From a virus (taxonomy: Duplodnaviria; Caudoviricetes), in IMG/VR virus record IMGVR_UViG_3300050034_000204, positions 1 through 63,709 of that record: DNA of 63,709 bases; one strand, written 5' to 3'. A program made the translations under genes and the position numbers. The notes below the pieces were generated by a model. The model saw only the letters and a program-made list of their open reading frames with translations, was not told where the DNA came from and ran no database searches. Of the stretch, positions 41,536-51,653 are shown in pieces; position 1 is the first letter of the stretch; each line of letters starts with the position of its first letter.

Positions 41536-41684
41536 GCAATCGTCCCTTTATTGCGAATAAGTGTAGGAATATCCAAATATGCATAAGAATATAACAAACC
41601 TTCTTGCCATCCCATGCGCTGCTTTAAAAAACGAATATGAGCTATTAGTTCTTCTTTGCTCCATTTTTCATAATCAATTTGCAT
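41532..41684 (-). CDS. Small hypothetical protein (50 aa)
   Basis: Hand-translated MQIDYEKWSKEELIAHI...; GGGAG RBS; TTGACA-N18-TATCCT upstream. Confidence 0.55.
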   Translation of the reverse strand: MQIDYEKWSKEELIAHIRFLKQRMGWQEGLLYSYAYLDIPTLIRNKGTIA

Positions 41685-41735
41685 ATTATATTCTCCCGTG
41701 CAAAGGATAGCACATGAATGAGATTGTTGTCAACA

Positions 41736-42923
41736 TTATTTAAATGTTTTCAGTAATAATGTTTGCGGGCCAATACAGCTTTTAATTTTCATATCCACTG
41801 AATGAATTTCCGAAAACCACTTCAATGTTTTTGAAGATGTGCCCAATGCCATGAATTTCTTCAACTGCTCCGCTGGCTTTCGCAAAGTTTTTTGCACACT
41901 TTTGGATTCATCCAAATTTAAAATTTTTGTTCCTTTAACATCTAAAGTGCAATTTGGGATTGCTACGAAATGCTGAATTTTTCTTGTCTTCTCATTATAT
42001 GCCCATAATTCTGCTGATTTTAAAATATCAATCGAATTAATCGACGTGATTTTTAATTCAGATGAATCATGAAGATATTTTAGATTGGCAACAATTTTTG
42101 CAGGAGGAACTGCTTTCTTCTTACGTACTTTGATTGCACGTTTTTGAACCGCAACTGCATTAATTTCATTAATAGCTCGTTCAAACCATTCAATGACACT
42201 CTTTAATTGTTTTGCAGAATAGGTTCTATAATCTTCATCATATGGAACAATCTTTGCTTGAGCTTTCTTGAAAGGAAGCATCTCATCATTAATAAAAGCT
42301 ATAACATCTTTCTTTTTATTAGATGGTATTGATGAAATTAAAGAAGTAATAGAATGCGATCCCTTGTATCCACCATAAATGAAATCAGAAAATAATCCAT
42401 CAATTTCTGCACAGATTCTTTTTACCTTTTCATTTAATCTATCTTGAATATTCGGTTTGTCCTCCGAGGTTTTTTCAGATATAGAAGCATGATAATATGA
42501 TAAACTTTTCGCAATTTCTTTTGCAATAAACTTCTTATTACGAAATGATGGAATATATCCAACTTGCATCATTCGAATAAGTTTACAGGCAGTAATGCTA
42601 AGTTCTCTATCGCTGCGTTCTAATTTCTTTACTAAGTTTAATGCATGGCCGGAAGCAGATAGAGATTTATAAGCAAGCTTTCGCATGGACCGATCTTCTT
42701 GCGTGGCAGTATACCAATTTAAAGCTTTAACTACTTGCAATTCTCGCTCGTCATGGGTCCATTCATTTTGAATTTCTGATGATGGCCATTCCATTTCAGA
42801 AATTCCAAGTTCTTTATGACCATCTCCCCGAAAACCAAGAAGATGAATTTTCTGGGGAATGGCAGGTAGAAATGATTTAATAACCTTATCTAAATTCTTT
42901 TTCAACTTATCCTCGTTTTTCAA
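41736..42923 (-). CDS. Conserved hypothetical protein of T4-like phages
   Basis: LKY, ELWAYNEKTRK, LDVKGT and SVQKTLRKP.EQL C-terminal domain. Confidence 0.7.
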   Translation of the reverse strand: MKNEDKLKKNLDKVIKSFLPAIPQKIHLLGFRGDGHKELGISEMEWPSSEIQNEWTHDERELQVVKALNWYTATQEDRSMRKLAYKSLSASGHALNLVKKLERSDRELSITACKLIRMMQVGYIPSFRNKKFIAKEIAKSLSYYHASISEKTSEDKPNIQDRLNEKVKRICAEIDGLFSDFIYGGYKGSHSITSLISSIPSNKKKDVIAFINDEMLPFKKAQAKIVPYDEDYRTYSAKQLKSVIEWFERAINEINAVAVQKRAIKVRKKKAVPPAKIVANLKYLHDSSELKITSINSIDILKSAELWAYNEKTRKIQHFVAIPNCTLDVKGTKILNLDESKSVQKTLRKPAEQLKKFMALGTSSKTLKWFSEIHSVDMKIKSCIGPQTLLLKTFK

Positions 42924-43464
42924 ATGATTGAATGTTTCTATTTTTTAAAATATACAATAATCCATCTATTTGATTGTAGCAATCATCCAAGCTATCATGA
43001 ATTATTGTTTTAGCTGGAACCTTTCCCAATAATAGCATTGTTCTATAATCTTTCCAAGTCCAATAATTCCATGGGAAAAACATTTTATTTTCTTTAAAAA
43101 TATCTTCTAAAATTACTTGATCAAATGCTCCCTTACTCCACAGTCGAGATTTCCCATGAAGAAATGTTGCTAATTCTCGAAGTCCTCTTATAACAGGAGT
43201 ACGGCCATTCTCTGCAAAGATCTTTTCAATTACTTCTTGAGATTGTTTTCCCCACCATTCAACTGTCTTTGGATCTTCAAATCTATTATCTTGACCATCC
43301 AATTCTAGCAGAATATCAAATGATGGATTACTTCTAATATCTGCATCGAAATCAAATTCATCAAATGCCACCGCAGAAATTGATAATATTTTTGCTGATG
43401 ATATTGTTGCTAATGTTTCAATATCCACCATTGCAGATGGATATTCACTTAATAACTTTTCCAT
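42907..43464 (-). CDS. DEDDh 3'-5' exonuclease (DexA/Rv2179c-like)
   Basis: MVDIETL, ILSISAV, WSKGAFD, PW...D.RT and HDSLDDC..Q. Confidence 0.85.
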   Translation of the reverse strand: MEKLLSEYPSAMVDIETLATISSAKILSISAVAFDEFDFDADIRSNPSFDILLELDGQDNRFEDPKTVEWWGKQSQEVIEKIFAENGRTPVIRGLRELATFLHGKSRLWSKGAFDQVILEDIFKENKMFFPWNYWTWKDYRTMLLLGKVPAKTIIHDSLDDCYNQIDGLLYILKNRNIQSFEKRG

Positions 43465-43472
43465 ATATCTCC

Positions 43473-44195
43473 TTAATCGTGAATTGGCTCTCCATTTGGC
43501 CCAATATTTCCCTTTACTCCAATTTCATCCAATTCCATAACACTTGCACCATCAAAAAACTTCAATAATAAGTGCTCGGTATCTTTATATTGTTTATTTG
43601 CTAACGCAGAAGTAAATTCTTCTAACATAAGATTATATCGATAAAATACCATATCAATTTTATTTTTATTAAATGACCATAAACGACTCATAAATTGTTC
43701 AGTCAAGCCACCAGTAAGATTAGGATGAAACTGACTCCTAGTACGTTTTGCAAAATAATATTTGTTTGGATTAGAAAAATTATTTAGATCGAATTTATCA
43801 TCTAACTCATATCTTCCAGATAGCTTAAATATTTGATCTACATCCTTTAATAAATCTTGTTCTGAGTATACCATCTTTTTCAAAGTTTGTCCAATAATAA
43901 GTAACTCTGTTAAATTTTTAACAACATCGTGATTACTTCCACCCTGTTCATAAATTCTTTTTACTTGAGCATCGCTTGAATAAGAATCAATCCGAGTAAC
44001 TAATCCATTTAAAATATTCTTCTCTTTTTTCGTTAAGGGTGATTCAACACTACTTTCTATTAAAATAATTTTTGAAGATGGCGCACGAGTTTTAATGCTC
44101 TCTAATGTCTTAATAGTTTGATTGAACCGATCTTCGTTTGAATATACTCCATACTTAGTATGAATTGCAGAGGTAACTAAAAATAATGATTGCAT
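43473..44195 (-). CDS. Glycosyltransferase-like hypothetical protein
   Basis: LVTSAI...R..QT..TL.SI...P...IILIESS and FKLSGRY pattern; function inferred. Confidence 0.45.
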   Translation of the reverse strand: MQSLFLVTSAIHTKYGVYSNEDRFNQTIKTLESIKTRAPSSKIILIESSVESPLTKKEKNILNGLVTRIDSYSSDAQVKRIYEQGGSNHDVVKNLTELLIIGQTLKKMVYSEQDLLKDVDQIFKLSGRYELDDKFDLNNFSNPNKYYFAKRTRSQFHPNLTGGLTEQFMSRLWSFNKNKIDMVFYRYNLMLEEFTSALANKQYKDTEHLLLKFFDGASVMELDEIGVKGNIGPNGEPIHD

Positions 44196-44203
44196 AATTC
44201 TCC

Positions 44204-45031
44204 CTACTCCATGTGAAACAATAATTTATATTGTGTGGTTGTTAAATTTCGATAATCTGCATAATCTTGCTTTTCTTTTTTAGTTATAGCAGAATTTTTC
44301 ATTTCAGTCAATGCGATAATTTGTTTTAATAAATTATCTGGTAAATTGGTCTTCATCTTTAATTCTTCAAAAGTATATTTATATGCCAATACATTGACAT
44401 CCCTATTTAACATTAAAAAAACACTGAATAATCTTTCTATTACAAATGAATAATACGGAATTTCTCTATCACGGCTATAATTGGCACTATTTGAATATAT
44501 CATCTCTTTATCAGTAATATCATTACTCACTTCTTTTAAGAAATTATCAACAAATGTAATATATCTATACCAAAATCCACGATTACCACAAAAATAATTA
44601 CAAAAAGCAAAAATATTATCATCCATAAAAACCATCGGGTCAAGTTCATATCCCATTCTTGAAAGCACCTTAATTATTAAATTGGATATACCTTTATGAA
44701 ACATCTCCCCATGTATGAGAACATTTGGATAAATTGCGGCATTAATAGGACACGGATTTATAAAATGAACATCTGCATCCCCTTCATCATTTTCAATAAA
44801 ATTTAAAAACTTCTGAGGAGATATACTTGTCTTTTCTTCAAATCTAGGACTTAATATTCCCCATCTAAGAAGTTCTGTTGGAACACTTTCATATGCTTTA
44901 TGAAAGATTGGATACTCTCTTAAAATAGATTCTTGATTATGGGTATTATCCCATGGAACAAGCGGAGATTTTACTTGTGCCATCTGAGAAGACGTATAAC
45001 ATAATTGATATAATGTAGTGAATTTCGACAT
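44204..45031 (-). CDS. Glycan-metabolism-like hypothetical protein
   Basis: REY, G.LS.RF..KT, FCNYF...FW..Y and FVIERLFS; function inferred. Confidence 0.4.
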   Translation of the reverse strand: MSKFTTLYQLCYTSSQMAQVKSPLVPWDNTHNQESILREYPIFHKAYESVPTELLRWGILSPRFEEKTSISPQKFLNFIENDEGDADVHFINPCPINAAIYPNVLIHGEMFHKGISNLIIKVLSRMGYELDPMVFMDDNIFAFCNYFCGNRGFWYRYITFVDNFLKEVSNDITDKEMIYSNSANYSRDREIPYYSFVIERLFSVFLMLNRDVNVLAYKYTFEELKMKTNLPDNLLKQIIALTEMKNSAITKKEKQDYADYRNLTTTQYKLLFHME

Positions 45032-45037
45032 ACCTAT

Positions 45038-45066
45038 ATGATACTATTCAAAAAATGTCATTTCAA
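45038..45066 (-). promoter_or_regulatory. Sigma70-like promoter 6 nt before the ATG (probably leaderless)
   Basis: TTGAAA-N17-TATCAT-N6-ATG. Confidence 0.45.
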
Positions 45067-45109
45067 ATATTCATTTAAATGAACGAGTATCATATAAAAA
45101 GATTGTGGG

Positions 45110-45206
45110 TGGTTATATTAAAAGCACTATATGTTGTGTAGTAAATTATCATAGACAACTAGGTGCGACATGTTTTTCGTATAGATCTTTACGGGTTTCC
45201 TGTCAC
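45110..45206 (-). repeat. 97-bp intergenic element, copy 2 (inverted)
   Basis: 96/97 identical to 16765..16861; the downstream ATACTCGTTCA block is also shared. Confidence 0.95.
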
Positions 45207-45223
45207 GCTTCTAATGAGTTATT

Positions 45224-47857
45224 TTATCTATCTAAATCTCCATATATATTATATTCGTTGAAAGCGAGATATATACTGTTTTGGTCTTCATCTAAAAATG
45301 AATTGCTGGTGTTCGCTGCCCATCCAGAAGATATAATATTGATATTCGATGTGATGGACAATATATTACCTGATGGATCATAAACTTGAAATGGTAATCC
45401 GTACTGATTTTGAATAGAAAATATATTTGATGAAGACATATTTCCGGTAATACCGTGAACATTTCCTTCATTTATAGCAATGCAGATATTGCTATATCCA
45501 TTGACTGATACATTTGCATTTCCTCCCCAAATCCATGTAATAGGATATAAATTAGAATACCTTTTTTCTGGGAGCGCGGTGTTAATAATAATATTACCAG
45601 AATATATGTTGGAAGAAGTTATTGTGGCATTGACATAACTAGTAGGAGCTTGCTTCCAATTTTCACAATAGCCACAATTCCAAACATATCGATCACTATA
45701 AATTTCAATTTGATTTAATGGTAAATTATTATCTAGCCATTGTTGCAGAAAATTTAACGCTTTCTTTCCTTTTCCTGTTTTAATATAAATTAAAGGAATA
45801 GCAGACACATAACCAAGAATATTTCCATCGGGTTGATAGTCAGTCATCCATGAAGGAAGAGAGTAGGAATTAAAATCAGATATTGATCGAGTAAAACTAT
45901 ATTGCATATTTGGTATAGAAGCAATATTGGAATTATCTGATAATACATCATAATTTATAGTTGTATAATCATCCAATGGCTGAATATATATTACTTCGTA
46001 ATTATCAGTGGTAGATTGTGCCCACCTTAAATTATTAAGTAGATATTTTTTTGGATAATGTGCATAGTTAATTGCTTTTAATAGTTCATCGATTGAAGTT
46101 GGAGATATTCCATAAGCAACTAGCATTCGAAGATTGTTGGGTATTCCAAAATAGAAATCATCTTGTCTAAAAATATCAGTAGAAGGAATCAATAAATTAT
46201 TATGTAAGATATCTTGTAATTTATCGAAGGTATCATCATTGGTAAAAAATTCTAGAGATAAATTTGTTAGAGGTTCTATTGCGGGAGAAATAACTTGTAA
46301 AGTAAATTCTTTGGTGTTCGCCATATTAAAATTTTCATATGCGGTTTCAGCTTGAACTGTTATGGTATATGAATTTGCATTTGATGGATATGGCATTCCT
46401 CGGAGCATACCATTTTCCCCAAGTAATAATCCATCGGGCAAATTTCCAGAAGTGACGGTATAAACAATGGGATTAATTGCACTACTAACATTTCCAGAGG
46501 TAATTGTTACTGTTGGAAAGTCAGTATAATAATTTCCAGAATCGATAACTCCCACATTAGAAATTCTTCCAAAGTTAATATAAGGAATAGCATTGGCATA
46601 AGATGATTGTCCAACATTACCAAAATTTATTATTGCAGTGTCATAATAATTTCCTGCATCGGTTATATTAATAGTATCGATACCAAAATTTAAAAATAAT
46701 GTGGCAGCTTTACTATCACCGTCTGGATTTTCCCATATAAATTCAAAATCATCTGGAAGTTCGGTATATTCTTGATGAAACGGAGTAATTGACACTGAAG
46801 TAATTGCGCCATTGGCATCAACCGATGAAATAATTATATTTGCATTATTACTGCAAATTCCTCCGGCCAATATTTGAAAATTCCCAACCGAGAAGTTTTC
46901 TCCCCCATCAGAGATATTTGCAGCTTGTAATTTTAAAGTGCAGTTTGCTAAAGCAAGACTTATATTTGGATTTGTGAAGGTTGGTATTACATTTGCATAA
47001 ATTTGTAAAGAAGATGGCCTACCTGCTATTACATTTCCAATATTACTATTTGAAAACCACTTAACTCTATCCAAGTATGGTGAGAGAATATCAAGAGTAT
47101 AAGTTGTTGTGGTAGAATACGTGTTCATAATTTCTTTTGCAACGGTAACATCAAATGAATAATTTCCAGTATTTGATCTATCGATATAACCAGAAATCAA
47201 TCCAGAGATAGAATTTATTGTAATGTTACCGGGAATTGAAGATGTTCCATTCGCACTATAAATTAACGTATTATATTCAAAATCTTCCGCTTCCACTTGG
47301 AAAGAAATTGTTTCTCCTGTTCCATATATAATATCATTACCATTTAATATAATTGGATTATGATACGTGGCACTTTCGCTATCTTCATTTGAAAAGGAAG
47401 TGCGGTACATTGCCAAAATAGTACTATCTGCATCTGGAGTAAAACCAAATGTGATAGTATTCCCCAATAAACTCCAAGCAGAATTACTTTGAAGTAAGCC
47501 ATTATAAAATGCTCTTATACTATTATTTGAAGTCGGAGTTTCGCTGAGGATGAATGAGGTATTGTTTCCATTTATGTTCCCACTTGGAATTTCTAAGAAA
47601 TATCCTCCAGCTATTTCCGAAGTGGCATATTCATAAAATGCTGTTAGAGAATCTCCCACTATTGGAGCAATATTCATTAAAATTGTTTGATTTGATGCTC
47701 CAGTTATGCTATAATCAATATTATTTGTGAGAGTTACCCCATTTTTAACAAGAACTATGGAATCCTCAATTACAATTATATTAGATAATGTAAATATAGT
47801 GTTACTGCCATCTATATTTCCGGTTGGGTTTTCATTTCCTGCAAAAAATACACTCAT
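45224..47857 (-). CDS. Baseplate/virion protein with Ig-like repeats
   Basis: SGNLPDGL.L...G.L.G, IFRQDD.YFG, YEVIY, LPSWM...Q...LGYV.A.PL.Y.K.G and DRY. Confidence 0.65.
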   Translation of the reverse strand: MSVFFAGNENPTGNIDGSNTIFTLSNIIVIEDSIVLVKNGVTLTNNIDYSITGASNQTILMNIAPIVGDSLTAFYEYATSEIAGGYFLEIPSGNINGNNTSFILSETPTSNNSIRAFYNGLLQSNSAWSLLGNTITFGFTPDADSTILAMYRTSFSNEDSESATYHNPIILNGNDIIYGTGETISFQVEAEDFEYNTLIYSANGTSSIPGNITINSISGLISGYIDRSNTGNYSFDVTVAKEIMNTYSTTTTYTLDILSPYLDRVKWFSNSNIGNVIAGRPSSLQIYANVIPTFTNPNISLALANCTLKLQAANISDGGENFSVGNFQILAGGICSNNANIIISSVDANGAITSVSITPFHQEYTELPDDFEFIWENPDGDSKAATLFLNFGIDTINITDAGNYYDTAIINFGNVGQSSYANAIPYINFGRISNVGVIDSGNYYTDFPTVTITSGNVSSAINPIVYTVTSGNLPDGLLLGENGMLRGMPYPSNANSYTITVQAETAYENFNMANTKEFTLQVISPAIEPLTNLSLEFFTNDDTFDKLQDILHNNLLIPSTDIFRQDDFYFGIPNNLRMLVAYGISPTSIDELLKAINYAHYPKKYLLNNLRWAQSTTDNYEVIYIQPLDDYTTINYDVLSDNSNIASIPNMQYSFTRSISDFNSYSLPSWMTDYQPDGNILGYVSAIPLIYIKTGKGKKALNFLQQWLDNNLPLNQIEIYSDRYVWNCGYCENWKQAPTSYVNATITSSNIYSGNIIINTALPEKRYSNLYPITWIWGGNANVSVNGYSNICIAINEGNVHGITGNMSSSNIFSIQNQYGLPFQVYDPSGNILSITSNINIISSGWAANTSNSFLDEDQNSIYLAFNEYNIYGDLDR

Positions 47858-47896
47858 GGGAATCCTCTCTTATATTTATGGCATATGGAGAGTATT

Positions 47897-48022
47897 ATGA
47901 ATAATATTATCGAGTTCCCGGCAATTCAAACACAAGAACATCTTAAAATTGTTGTTAGTACCGAAACAGCAAATATAACCGTCGTTAATCAACGAGTGAA
48001 TCAACAACCAAAAAAGAAGTGA
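47897..48022 (+). CDS. Possible 41-aa protein
   Basis: GGAG RBS; MNNIIEFP...KKK. Confidence 0.4.
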   Translation: MNNIIEFPAIQTQEHLKIVVSTETANITVVNQRVNQQPKKK

Positions 48023-48216
48023 TATTTCAGTGAAATTTGCAATTGGTACTGTGGTAAGTACAGTCTTAGCAAGGAAAGCCCACCAGCATGCCATAGAACG
48101 TGATTAATGCGTAGTGTGAGGTGACGTTGGTATCCTCGAAATATTTGCATAGATTATTAATTAGTTAAGCCGAAATAGTTGTAAAAAGACTCTGATAAAT
48201 TGGCATAAATAAGATT

Positions 48217-51200
48217 ATGGCTACTACATCAAATATAACTTCTTCATTAATGACTACCACAGCGGGTTCGCAGAGTTGGGATGCAGTGTATTCTTCTTCT
48301 CCTCAAAATCCATTGCTGGCTTCATATGACTTCGAGACTCTGCGAAAGGCATTAATTAATTATATACAGTTAAATAATCCCGAGTCATACACCGACTATA
48401 TAAATTCTTCCGAATTTATTTCACTTGTTGATTGCATTAGCTATCTTGGTCAGAGTCTTAGTTATAGAATTGATTTAAATGCTAGGGAGTGTTTTCTATC
48501 AACCGCCACCACGAGAAATGCGATCACGGCTCTTGCTAATTTAGTTAATTATAAGCCATCGAGAAATCTAGCAGCCAATGGTTATTTAAAAATAACTAGT
48601 TTGAATGTCAATGAAGATGTATATGATAGTTTGGGAAATAATTTAAATGGTGTAGCTATTTTATGGAATGATAAAACTAATAGAAATTGGTTAGATCAGT
48701 GGAATTGTATTATAAATGCAATTTTGATTAATTCGCAGACCGTTGGGAGTCCGGCCAATACCAAAGAGATTAATGATATTAGCACATCTGAATATAATAT
48801 TAATTTAAGTACATCAAGTACTCCTCCCTATGCATTTACGGCAACGGTTGATAGTACTTCGATGACTTTTGAAATGGTGAATACCTCGTCGGTGGGGAAA
48901 TCATATCTATATGAACTTTCTCCAAAGGCATCTTCTAATTTTAATTTGTTATATCAGAATGATGGAAATGGATATGCAAGTACAAATACTGGATTCTTTT
49001 TTTACTTTAAGCAAGGAACCTTAAGTAATGAGACATTTACTATTGATACGGCCACTCCAAATTACACATATACTATTACTGCTACCGGGGTTAATGATAA
49101 TGATGTTTGGTTATATCAAGTAAACACCGATGGTAGTTATACAGAATGGACCCAAGTTGATTCTATCTATTCGGTAGAATCAAATAGTGGAACTATATTT
49201 TCAGTTTCTACGATCACCGATGATGGAATAACATTAGTATTTGGAGATGGTGTTTTTGGGGATATTCCAAACGGAAATTTTATAGTATATACTCGGTCCA
49301 GCAATGGATTATCATATAGAATTAATCCATCTGAGATGACAAATATGTCTACTAAGATTGCGTATACTTCTAAAACAAGTAGAACACAATCAATTACTTT
49401 GAAGTCATCTTTGCAATATACAGTTGGAAATAGTTCTGCTACAGAATCATTGGGAAATATCAAATTAAAAGCTCCTCAAAGTTTTTATAGTCAAAACAGA
49501 ATGGTAAATGGGCAAGATTATACTTCATTTCCATTTACAAAATATAGCAATATCTTACAATCAAAAGCCATTAATCGAGTAAGCTCTGGAATCTCTGCTT
49601 ATTTAGATGTAGCTGATCCTACTGGAAAATATTCCAGTACAATTTCATATTGTGATGATGGATTTATGTATTTGGATTCTTCGATGCAAACAAATACTTA
49701 TACATATACTTCAACTAATGCTTTAGCTACTGTGCTAGAAAAGGCACTTAATACAATTGTAAGTTCTTCGAATTTGATGGGATTTATTTTCAATAATTAT
49801 TCTTCTTATGATATTTCTGGAAGTGACGTAGAATGGAATCTATCGTTAAGAAATAATACATCGTGTTCTGGGTATTTAACTATTGATTCATCTGTTATTA
49901 CAATAAATGATACCTCATTTGCTCAGGGATATGGATCAGTATTAGTTCCGGGAGCAATTATTAAATTTACTCCTCCCAGTGGTTATATGTTTGATGCAAA
50001 TAATGATCTTGTTTCCAATTCAACGGGAGTTGCCATTCTTAATCAATCAGATGCTTTATATGCTACTATTAGCGCCACTCCAACCAGTGATGGATATGGC
50101 AATAGCATTGATATGACTGGGGTGAATATTGATGGTACTGGCGCAATTACTCTTAATCAGATTATTCCAAGTGGTGCGTTATTAACAACAATATTCCCTT
50201 ATTATACTACAACTATGCCAAGTACTATTATAAGTTCTATTGTTAAGTATGCAGTTAGCGGTGTTTCCGTTGCAGTAAGATATTATCCAGCAAAAATTGG
50301 AAATAGTTCAACTGCTATTTGGGATATTATTACAAGTCCTACTTTCCCTCTAGCATATTCTCCAGATGTTTATGGAAGTTCATTTGTTCAACCAAGCAGT
50401 TCATCTTCTACCGTAGAAAATAATTGGGTTATTGCTATTGTTCCTCAGTCATCTTCATCTATCATTGTTTATAATAGAAGTAATGCTTATTATTTTGGAA
50501 GCGCCAAACAGAATTCATTTTATTTTGATTCAAGTGCTAAAGTATATGATCCAATCAATGCATATCTACTTCCTGATAAAGTCGAAATTCTCAAAGTAAA
50601 TGCTGCACCATCTTCATCAACAAATCTTGGATTATCACAAAACATTCCAGTTGATATTTTTGATAAAGTAACTAATTCTGATGGTACTTCTGACAATACC
50701 AGAGTTAAGATTCAATATGCAGATTTTTATTCAACGGGAGTTCCAAGTAATCCAGTTTTCTTTTCTTCTTTTGTTGAAAGTACCGATTATGTATTTTTAG
50801 TAACTAATAATACGACTTATAAAACAACCTTATTAACTGATGGATTGGTTGTTAGTACGCCATCAACAATAAATAGCAATTTATATAATTATTCAAATGG
50901 AACAATTATATATTGCACCTCCAATGATACTTTTTATAAAGTAACTCGATCTGGAACAACCGCTTCTAAGAGTACCTTGAATAATTCAGGAGATACTTTA
51001 TCTTATAGTTATTATAATGGTCGTCAAGATATTAGTTTTGAATATATTCATCATGCTGCGGATTCTAGAAGGATTGATCCATCTCCGGCAAATGTAATTG
51101 ATTTATACGTACTTGAAAGTAGCTATGCAACAGCATATCAGCAATGGTTAACTGATACAACTGGATCAGTTTCAGAACCAGATCCCCCAACCACCACTGA

Positions 51201-51645
51201 ATTATCAACTGATTATTCTGAGTTAGAAGATTACAAGATGATAACCGATGAGATTATCATGAATAGTGCTCAGTTTGTTCCTCTTTTCGGATCAAAAGCA
51301 GCCAATAATTTACAAGCCACTTTTGTTGCTGTTCTTAATTCAAGTTATCCAGTTGGAAGTGGGGAGATTGCTTCAAATATCATTACTTTGGTAAATGAAT
51401 ATTTTATGGTTGGTAATTTTGCATTCGGTCAGACATTTTATTGGAGCCAATTATCAAATTATATCATGACTAATATTGGGAATCTTATTAATTCAATTCA
51501 TTTGGTTCCAACTTCGTCAGAACTGGCTTATGGAAACTTAGAAGAAATTACTTGTAACTCATATGAAATATTTGTAAGTTGCGCGACGGTATCCGATGTT
51601 TCCGTTGTTTCTTCTTTAACCAATTTGAATTTGAGAATTTCATAG
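48217..51645 (+). CDS. Baseplate wedge subunit (T4 gp6-like)
   Basis: SYDFETLR, D...SSEF, DLNARE.FL.TA, FGDG.FG.IP, IK.KAP..FYSQNRMVNGQDY, RIDP...N.ID and FG..FY. Confidence 0.88.
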   Translation: MATTSNITSSLMTTTAGSQSWDAVYSSSPQNPLLASYDFETLRKALINYIQLNNPESYTDYINSSEFISLVDCISYLGQSLSYRIDLNARECFLSTATTRNAITALANLVNYKPSRNLAANGYLKITSLNVNEDVYDSLGNNLNGVAILWNDKTNRNWLDQWNCIINAILINSQTVGSPANTKEINDISTSEYNINLSTSSTPPYAFTATVDSTSMTFEMVNTSSVGKSYLYELSPKASSNFNLLYQNDGNGYASTNTGFFFYFKQGTLSNETFTIDTATPNYTYTITATGVNDNDVWLYQVNTDGSYTEWTQVDSIYSVESNSGTIFSVSTITDDGITLVFGDGVFGDIPNGNFIVYTRSSNGLSYRINPSEMTNMSTKIAYTSKTSRTQSITLKSSLQYTVGNSSATESLGNIKLKAPQSFYSQNRMVNGQDYTSFPFTKYSNILQSKAINRVSSGISAYLDVADPTGKYSSTISYCDDGFMYLDSSMQTNTYTYTSTNALATVLEKALNTIVSSSNLMGFIFNNYSSYDISGSDVEWNLSLRNNTSCSGYLTIDSSVITINDTSFAQGYGSVLVPGAIIKFTPPSGYMFDANNDLVSNSTGVAILNQSDALYATISATPTSDGYGNSIDMTGVNIDGTGAITLNQIIPSGALLTTIFPYYTTTMPSTIISSIVKYAVSGVSVAVRYYPAKIGNSSTAIWDIITSPTFPLAYSPDVYGSSFVQPSSSSSTVENNWVIAIVPQSSSSIIVYNRSNAYYFGSAKQNSFYFDSSAKVYDPINAYLLPDKVEILKVNAAPSSSTNLGLSQNIPVDIFDKVTNSDGTSDNTRVKIQYADFYSTGVPSNPVFFSSFVESTDYVFLVTNNTTYKTTLLTDGLVVSTPSTINSNLYNYSNGTIIYCTSNDTFYKVTRSGTTASKSTLNNSGDTLSYSYYNGRQDISFEYIHHAADSRRIDPSPANVIDLYVLESSYATAYQQWLTDTTGSVSEPDPPTTTELSTDYSELEDYKMITDEIIMNSAQFVPLFGSKAANNLQATFVAVLNSSYPVGSGEIASNIITLVNEYFMVGNFAFGQTFYWSQLSNYIMTNIGNLINSIHLVPTSSELAYGNLEEITCNSYEIFVSCATVSDVSVVSSLTNLNLRIS

Positions 51646-51653
51646 GATAATAA

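Noticed and set aside
45105-45383. 92-aa ORF across repeat copy 2
   Set aside because: No RBS, antisense to a real gene, and its coding context is not preserved at copy 1.
48070-48100. AAGGAAAGCCCACC resembling the RNase P RNA 5' P4 motif
   Set aside because: No complementary 3' P4 strand found and the region is too short.
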